30,113 nt of DNA. Source: a virus. Lineage: Duplodnaviria > Caudoviricetes. Of this stretch, positions 25,998 through 30,113 are shown piece by piece (position 1 is the stretch's first letter; every line of letters begins with the position of its first letter). A program made the translations under genes and the position numbers. The DNA is taken from the IMG/VR virus record IMGVR_UViG_3300048850_000048, positions 1 through 30,113 of that record; one strand, given 5' to 3'. The notes beneath the pieces were generated by a model. The model was given only the letters and a program-made list of their open reading frames with translations, was not told where the DNA came from and did not search any database.

Positions 25998-26722
25998 CAG
26001 ATGCCGAGCCTTTGTGCGGTGTTGAACATTCTCTCTTCCGAGGAAGCTAGGACCTTCAGGACTTCACGGCGGCTGCCTCCCTCGGCTAGGTAATGGGTGT
26101 GGTAGGCAATGCCGTTTTCGTCGGGCTCGCGGGTAAGGAAGAATCTGTAGGCGCGTTCAATGAACTGGATGTCAGTCAGGTCTTCCGCAAGGGATAGTTC
26201 CTGCCAGTCCCATTCTTTGGTGGCCTCGGTGCAAATCACCCACCCATCGATGTAGGTGTATTCGCCTGGTTTCAGCCCTGCGGCATTGAGGTAGACATCA
26301 AGGCAGATTTCCGTGAACCCATTGAAATGAAAGTCTCCGGTTTGAGCCTGGTTGCCGAACATCATCTTAAGCCAGTTATAATGGCGGACGAAGTTAGGCT
26401 CCTCTTCCATCTGCTGGGCAAGCTTCAGTGGGTTGCTGGTTTCCAGCCACATCTTCCCGCCTTCTTTCAGAAGAGCGGTCCATTCTAAGAGTGCGCCCAT
26501 CATGTACTGTCGGGGGATGTGCTCAATGATGTTGGCTACCACCGCGTACTCATATTTATTCTTTGGGATAGCGGAAAAGTCATTGTCGGCCAGGACGATA
26601 TCCGGGTTGCAGGACTCATCCATGTCGATATTGAGGTACCCGTGGCGGTAATCGTGGCCACACCCGATGTTCAAATGTGTCGCGCTTTCGAGGAGTTCGC
26701 GCTGCTTCCCAGACAAGTCCAT
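25997..26722 (-). CDS. Class I SAM methyltransferase with C-terminal DUF4214-like domain
   Basis: LNIGCG....GYLNID, IIEH, LK.GG. C-terminal FIERAYRFFL.REPDE.G..Y....L..G.SR..V...L..S.E. TGATG coupling to the next gene. Confidence 0.8.
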   Translation of the reverse strand: MDLSGKQRELLESATHLNIGCGHDYRHGYLNIDMDESCNPDIVLADNDFSAIPKNKYEYAVVANIIEHIPRQYMMGALLEWTALLKEGGKMWLETSNPLKLAQQMEEEPNFVRHYNWLKMMFGNQAQTGDFHFNGFTEICLDVYLNAAGLKPGEYTYIDGWVICTEATKEWDWQELSLAEDLTDIQFIERAYRFFLTREPDENGIAYHTHYLAEGGSRREVLKVLASSEERMFNTAQRLGI

Positions 26723-26755
26723 GCGTTGTTCCCAGCAAGAGTTTTGAGGGCGCAG

Positions 26756-26783
26756 AACCTACACATCGCCGCTGATTAGTCCA
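26756..26783 (-). promoter_or_regulatory. Putative sigma70-type promoter for the three-methyltransferase operon
   Basis: On the - strand: TGGACT-N16-TAGGTT, 33 nt upstream of the ATG. A similar motif recurs at 29375-29405. Confidence 0.45.
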
Positions 26784-26841
26784 GATCGAATCTAGCACCC
26801 CGCCCTCGTGTGGAATTTTTTCTTTCCAGCGAAGGTGACAC

Positions 26842-26910
26842 ATGGCTCGCGAAACTCTTCCCGTCGTCTTTCGACTCATGTTCGGGGATGAGGGCGGCTA
26901 TTCGAATCGC
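26842..26910 (+). pseudogene. 5' stub of a GH108-type endolysin
   Basis: AAGGTG SD then MARETLPVVFRLMFGDEGGYSNR, containing the GH108 EGGY motif. The expected D.GG.T..GI continuation is absent and the ORF runs into unrelated sequence. Confidence 0.65.
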
Positions 26911-27037
26911 AACGCGAGCCCGTACAGCGGTTGCTCGCTTACACGCAGCCGAGCGTGGGAGAATTCATCGCGGAGCTGCCGGTATTCGAGCGGCCCAGGT
27001 ATGGATGTGCGGCATAGCGGAGGGGTCGACGGGCGGA

Positions 27038-29317
27038 TTATCTCGACACGTTGACCCACGCTGGTACCTCACAGGCCTGACTAGCCACGAAGTGGCCTTC
27101 GAATTCCAAGAAGCCGAGGGTTTTAAACCAGCTGTGACAGGTGAAATTCTTGCCTGTGTCGATGATCCGACCAGTGGCCCTCTCTGCTTGGCTCAGCGCG
27201 ATCTCTGTGGCGACTGCCCCCATAGCTACTTCCGCTCCGAGGCCAAACACGCGACAAGAGAGTACCGCTTGAACGATCTCGCCGTCCTTCACTAAGACTG
27301 CACCGGTGATGCCGTTGTCGCCCGTCTTGTCCTTAAGGGAGGACAGCAGACAAACACCTCCGGCGATGAGGAAGTCCTTGAATTCGAGTAGTTCCCATCT
27401 CTTGCCGGTAGTGTTGAACTGGTTGGTCTTGTTGATGAGTTCGAAGCCGCGCTCAAATCGTGGTTTGTCATCGATGTCCATGATGAATAGCCGTTGTTCG
27501 ATCTGAAGCGAACTCAGCCAGTCCTCGCGAGACATCCGGCGCTCCATCTCGAGACGCTCGACGCGGGCTTGGACCATTTCCGTGCGCCTCGCTGACTCCT
27601 CGGTGATTTGGCCGACCCTTGTTTCAGGCGCCTGTAGAATAATGCGGCGCCAGTCATAATGATTTTCATTCAGGAAGCGCATATCGGGGAAGCGCGCCCG
27701 CACTTCGTCTATCTCACGCGGGTTGTCGTCGATGAAGAGTGTGTTCTGTGGGAGGATGTTTGTTTCCTGCAAAATCTCGGCAATGTTTTCTGATTTCGGA
27801 TTCCAATTGATCTTCATGGACGCGAAGTCTTCTGCAGTGATAGCTCCCTGCCAAATCATCTTCAGCCGCTCTAGCGTGGGGTCCTGATCATTCTTACTGG
27901 CTACAGCGAGCAATCCGCCGCGTGACTTGAAATACGTCAACGCCTCGATGAAACCGATTGGCCAACCTTCGGTCCGCTCCCAAAGCGGTCGATCTTCCTC
28001 AGCTGCGACGCCACGCCAAAGCGTGTCGTCAAGATCAACGATAATGAGCTTGATAGGCGTTTCGGCGCGCAGAATCGCTAGGTCGGTCTTGATCTTGTTG
28101 AGGAAGGCTTCCCCGTAGAGGCCCCTGAACGCGTCGATCTGCCAGACTTCCGCGGGCTGCCGAGAAGGGGCAACCCTCTCCTCATCAGCAACGCGCTGAT
28201 ATCCCTCAATGTTGCCAATAAACGCATTGTGGGTTGCGTGAGTTAGAATGTCGTCCTGGAAATGCATCCGACCAACGAAGTTTACAATTTCATTCGTGTC
28301 TACATAGATGAGATTGTCGTGTGATCTCATCAATTCACGCATGGTGTGGTTTAGTTTTCTGATGAACTCTTTGTAGGTGACGCGATCATTTGGCCGAACC
28401 GTTCCCATGTAATCGAAGGAGGGTTCAAAAAAATCAGGTATGAACAAAGGGACGCGTTGGCTGATTAACGATAGGCTCGACAGCTTGTTAGAGATGAGTT
28501 CGGCACAGTTTTGTACTAAGCTTTCTAGCTCCTGATCGCTCCGGAGGCGCGCCACCGCCATGTCGGCGGCAGTTAAAGGCAGTCCCGTTGCGTCGGCCAG
28601 CAGGTGCCTGAGTGTCAGGAAAAATACAGCAGCGTCAAACCCGTCCGTCGCGAGAGCGGGCAACTCATCATGACGGTGCGAAGTGGCCAACTGATGTTGC
28701 AATTGCAAGCCAAGGCTGCGCCCCGTCTGCACAAGCGGGCCCACACCACAAGTGCCAAGCAACAGCAACCGCGGAGGAACTTCCGAAAAGGAAAGGGACT
28801 GCGGCTGATCTGGAAGTCTCACGCGCGGGGCCAAGTCGTGGCGCGTCGCGTAGAGGTTCCTGAATTCGTCACTGCGAAGTAGGTTGTCGATCCACCAGCG
28901 GACACTTTCCCTCCTATCCATGCCATGCTTGAAAGCGTCGTTTCCGACGGGACGGTTTAGGATTGCCCGAAAAAGAAACTCGATTGTGGACGCAGAGGCT
29001 GGAAGGTCTGCAAACGGCACATTCTCGCTGTTGCTGCGATGATTGGAGAGGGAAAGAAAGCGAGAAATGAAGCTCCGAGGGTTCGCCTTTGCGCGCAATA
29101 GCACCGACGCTCTTTTGAGTCTTTCCTGCAGCTGACGCTTTTCCAGGCGGTATTGGCGAATCTTATGCCTAGCCTCTTCAAGTTCGCTGGTCAGCGCGAT
29201 GATGCGAGTTTCGTATTCGGTGCTTGTTTCATTCCGAACCACCATGATCGGACGTTCAGGTTCAACCGGATGCTCAACTTTCGTCTCTTCAAAGTCCGTT
29301 AGCGTCATCTCGATCAC
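27038..29317 (-). CDS. FkbH-like HAD-IIIC protein with N-terminal coiled coil and DUF4214-like segment
   Basis: HAD motif IVDLDDTLWRG, ASKND, INW.PK, LFIDDNP.E, C-terminal KTNQFN, D..GD.G, LSCRV.G. Start at GTG 29317 or ATG 29308. Confidence 0.88.
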   Translation of the reverse strand: MIEMTLTDFEETKVEHPVEPERPIMVVRNETSTEYETRIIALTSELEEARHKIRQYRLEKRQLQERLKRASVLLRAKANPRSFISRFLSLSNHRSNSENVPFADLPASASTIEFLFRAILNRPVGNDAFKHGMDRRESVRWWIDNLLRSDEFRNLYATRHDLAPRVRLPDQPQSLSFSEVPPRLLLLGTCGVGPLVQTGRSLGLQLQHQLATSHRHDELPALATDGFDAAVFFLTLRHLLADATGLPLTAADMAVARLRSDQELESLVQNCAELISNKLSSLSLISQRVPLFIPDFFEPSFDYMGTVRPNDRVTYKEFIRKLNHTMRELMRSHDNLIYVDTNEIVNFVGRMHFQDDILTHATHNAFIGNIEGYQRVADEERVAPSRQPAEVWQIDAFRGLYGEAFLNKIKTDLAILRAETPIKLIIVDLDDTLWRGVAAEEDRPLWERTEGWPIGFIEALTYFKSRGGLLAVASKNDQDPTLERLKMIWQGAITAEDFASMKINWNPKSENIAEILQETNILPQNTLFIDDNPREIDEVRARFPDMRFLNENHYDWRRIILQAPETRVGQITEESARRTEMVQARVERLEMERRMSREDWLSSLQIEQRLFIMDIDDKPRFERGFELINKTNQFNTTGKRWELLEFKDFLIAGGVCLLSSLKDKTGDNGITGAVLVKDGEIVQAVLSCRVFGLGAEVAMGAVATEIALSQAERATGRIIDTGKNFTCHSWFKTLGFLEFEGHFVASQACEVPAWVNVSR

Positions 29318-29374
29318 GGCATCATCTCTACTTAGGGTTTTGTACTTGCGGGAGTGTACTTGAGGATGAGCGCG

Positions 29375-29405
29375 AACCTACAACACATCCGCGCCGTTTA
29401 GTCTA
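29375..29405 (-). promoter_or_regulatory. Putative promoter of the FkbH-like gene
   Basis: On the - strand: TAGACT-N19-TAGGTT, similar to 26756-26783. Confidence 0.35.
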
Positions 29406-29512
29406 GGGACAGCCAACCCGCGCAGCATAGTTTTCTACCGACTGGCAGACAGCCGGTTCCCGTAGGTAACCTGATCCGTTTTCGGATCGCTTCTTAGCCC
29501 AAGGAAAACCAG

Positions 29513-29557
29513 ATGGATAAAACCGTGCCTCCCGGCGCGGCGGTCCTGCTCGACTTT
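29513..29557 (+). pseudogene. Probable 5' stub of another lysozyme-type endolysin
   Basis: AAGGA SD then MDKTVPPGAAVLLDF, resembling from memory the N-termini of rhizobial prophage lysozymes ('..LLDFI..E'). In frame with the GH19 ORF. Confidence 0.45.
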
Positions 29558-29605
29558 CCCTTCCAGCACCTTCGTTCCCAATCATCAGCTAATCAGGAGA
29601 CTTCG

Positions 29606-30113
29606 ATGAGCGCCATCACCGCTCAGCACGTTCACGCTGCCGCAAAGGGCAAAGTGAACGAGAGCAACCTCGCGTCCGCGCTCGTGGCGCTGGACAGGTA
29701 CGGGGAGCGCTTCGGCATGGATCGGCCGCACCGTCTCGCGCAGTATTTCGCCCAGCTCATGCACGAGAGTGGCGATTTCAAATCCGATTGCGAAATTTGG
29801 GGCCCTACGCCGGCGCAGCAGCGCTACGATACGCGCACCGATCTCGGCAACACGCCGGAGAAGGACGGCGACGGCTATCTCTACCGCGGCCGCACCGGCA
29901 TGCAACTCACCGGCAAGGACAACTATCGACAGTTCCGCAACTGGTGCCGTGCGGCCGGCCTCGATTGCCCGGATTTCGTCAAGGATCCGGACGCGGTCAA
30001 CACCGATCCGTGGGAAGGTCTGGTGCCGCTGTTTTATTGGGACACCCGCGACCTTAACCGCTGGGCCGATGAGGGCGACGCCGAGACCATCACGAAGAAG
30101 ATAAATGGCGGCA
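29606..30113 (+). CDS. GH19 (chitinase-like) endolysin, truncated by the window end; not in the ORF track
   Basis: CAGGAG SD. MSAITAQH...RLAQYFAQLMHESG.F...EIWG...DLGN....DG..YRGR..MQLTGKDNY...YW...LN..AD.GD...IT.KINGG. Frame is open to the window end. Confidence 0.9.
   Translation, partial: MSAITAQHVHAAAKGKVNESNLASALVALDRYGERFGMDRPHRLAQYFAQLMHESGDFKSDCEIWGPTPAQQRYDTRTDLGNTPEKDGDGYLYRGRTGMQLTGKDNYRQFRNWCRAAGLDCPDFVKDPDAVNTDPWEGLVPLFYWDTRDLNRWADEGDAETITKKINGG

Noticed and set aside
26796-26825. CCCCGCCCTCGTGTGGAATTTTTTCTTT as a terminator
   Set aside because: The stem pairs poorly. At most it is a decayed terminator.
26810-27295. 161-aa + strand ORF, and the full 70-aa ORF 26842-27054
   Set aside because: The 161-aa ORF is about half antisense to the FkbH-like gene and has no motifs. 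Only the first ~23 codons from 26842 resemble a real gene.
24280-29317. Cassette as a polyketide methoxymalonyl-ACP pathway or a DNA restriction-modification system
   Set aside because: No ACP, dehydrogenases or PKS are present, and there are no DNA-methyltransferase catalytic motifs (DPPY, PC) or nuclease.

Overview
This window is the middle and right part of a temperate, HK97/lambda-like siphovirus genome or prophage. It is GC-rich, and the gene content suggests an alphaproteobacterial host, probably Rhizobiaceae (inference). The + strand starts with early genes: a CII-like regulator, a ParB-MT-A70 methyltransferase fusion, a short cytosine-MTase-like gene, a replication initiator with an internal iteron origin, and a NusG paralogue. 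A ~190-nt structured non-coding leader ending in an intrinsic terminator follows. The late operon then runs HNH, terS, terL, fused prohead protease-major capsid, portal, head-tail proteins, tail tube, G/GT chaperones with a GGGAAAG -1 frameshift, tape measure, tail tip and a beta-helix tail spike. Four AT-richer genes on the - strand lie between the spike and a GH19 endolysin that is cut by the window end: two FkbM-type methyltransferases, a methyltransferase-DUF4214-like protein and an FkbH-like protein. They are interleaved with 5' stubs of what appear to be two other endolysin genes. The best candidates for new biology are (i) a NusG-paralogue/pseudoknotted-RNA/terminator late-gene switch in the position of lambda Q, and (ii) a putative surface-glycan-modifying moron cassette at an endolysin-exchange hotspot. 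All family calls come from motif recognition by eye; no searches were run.
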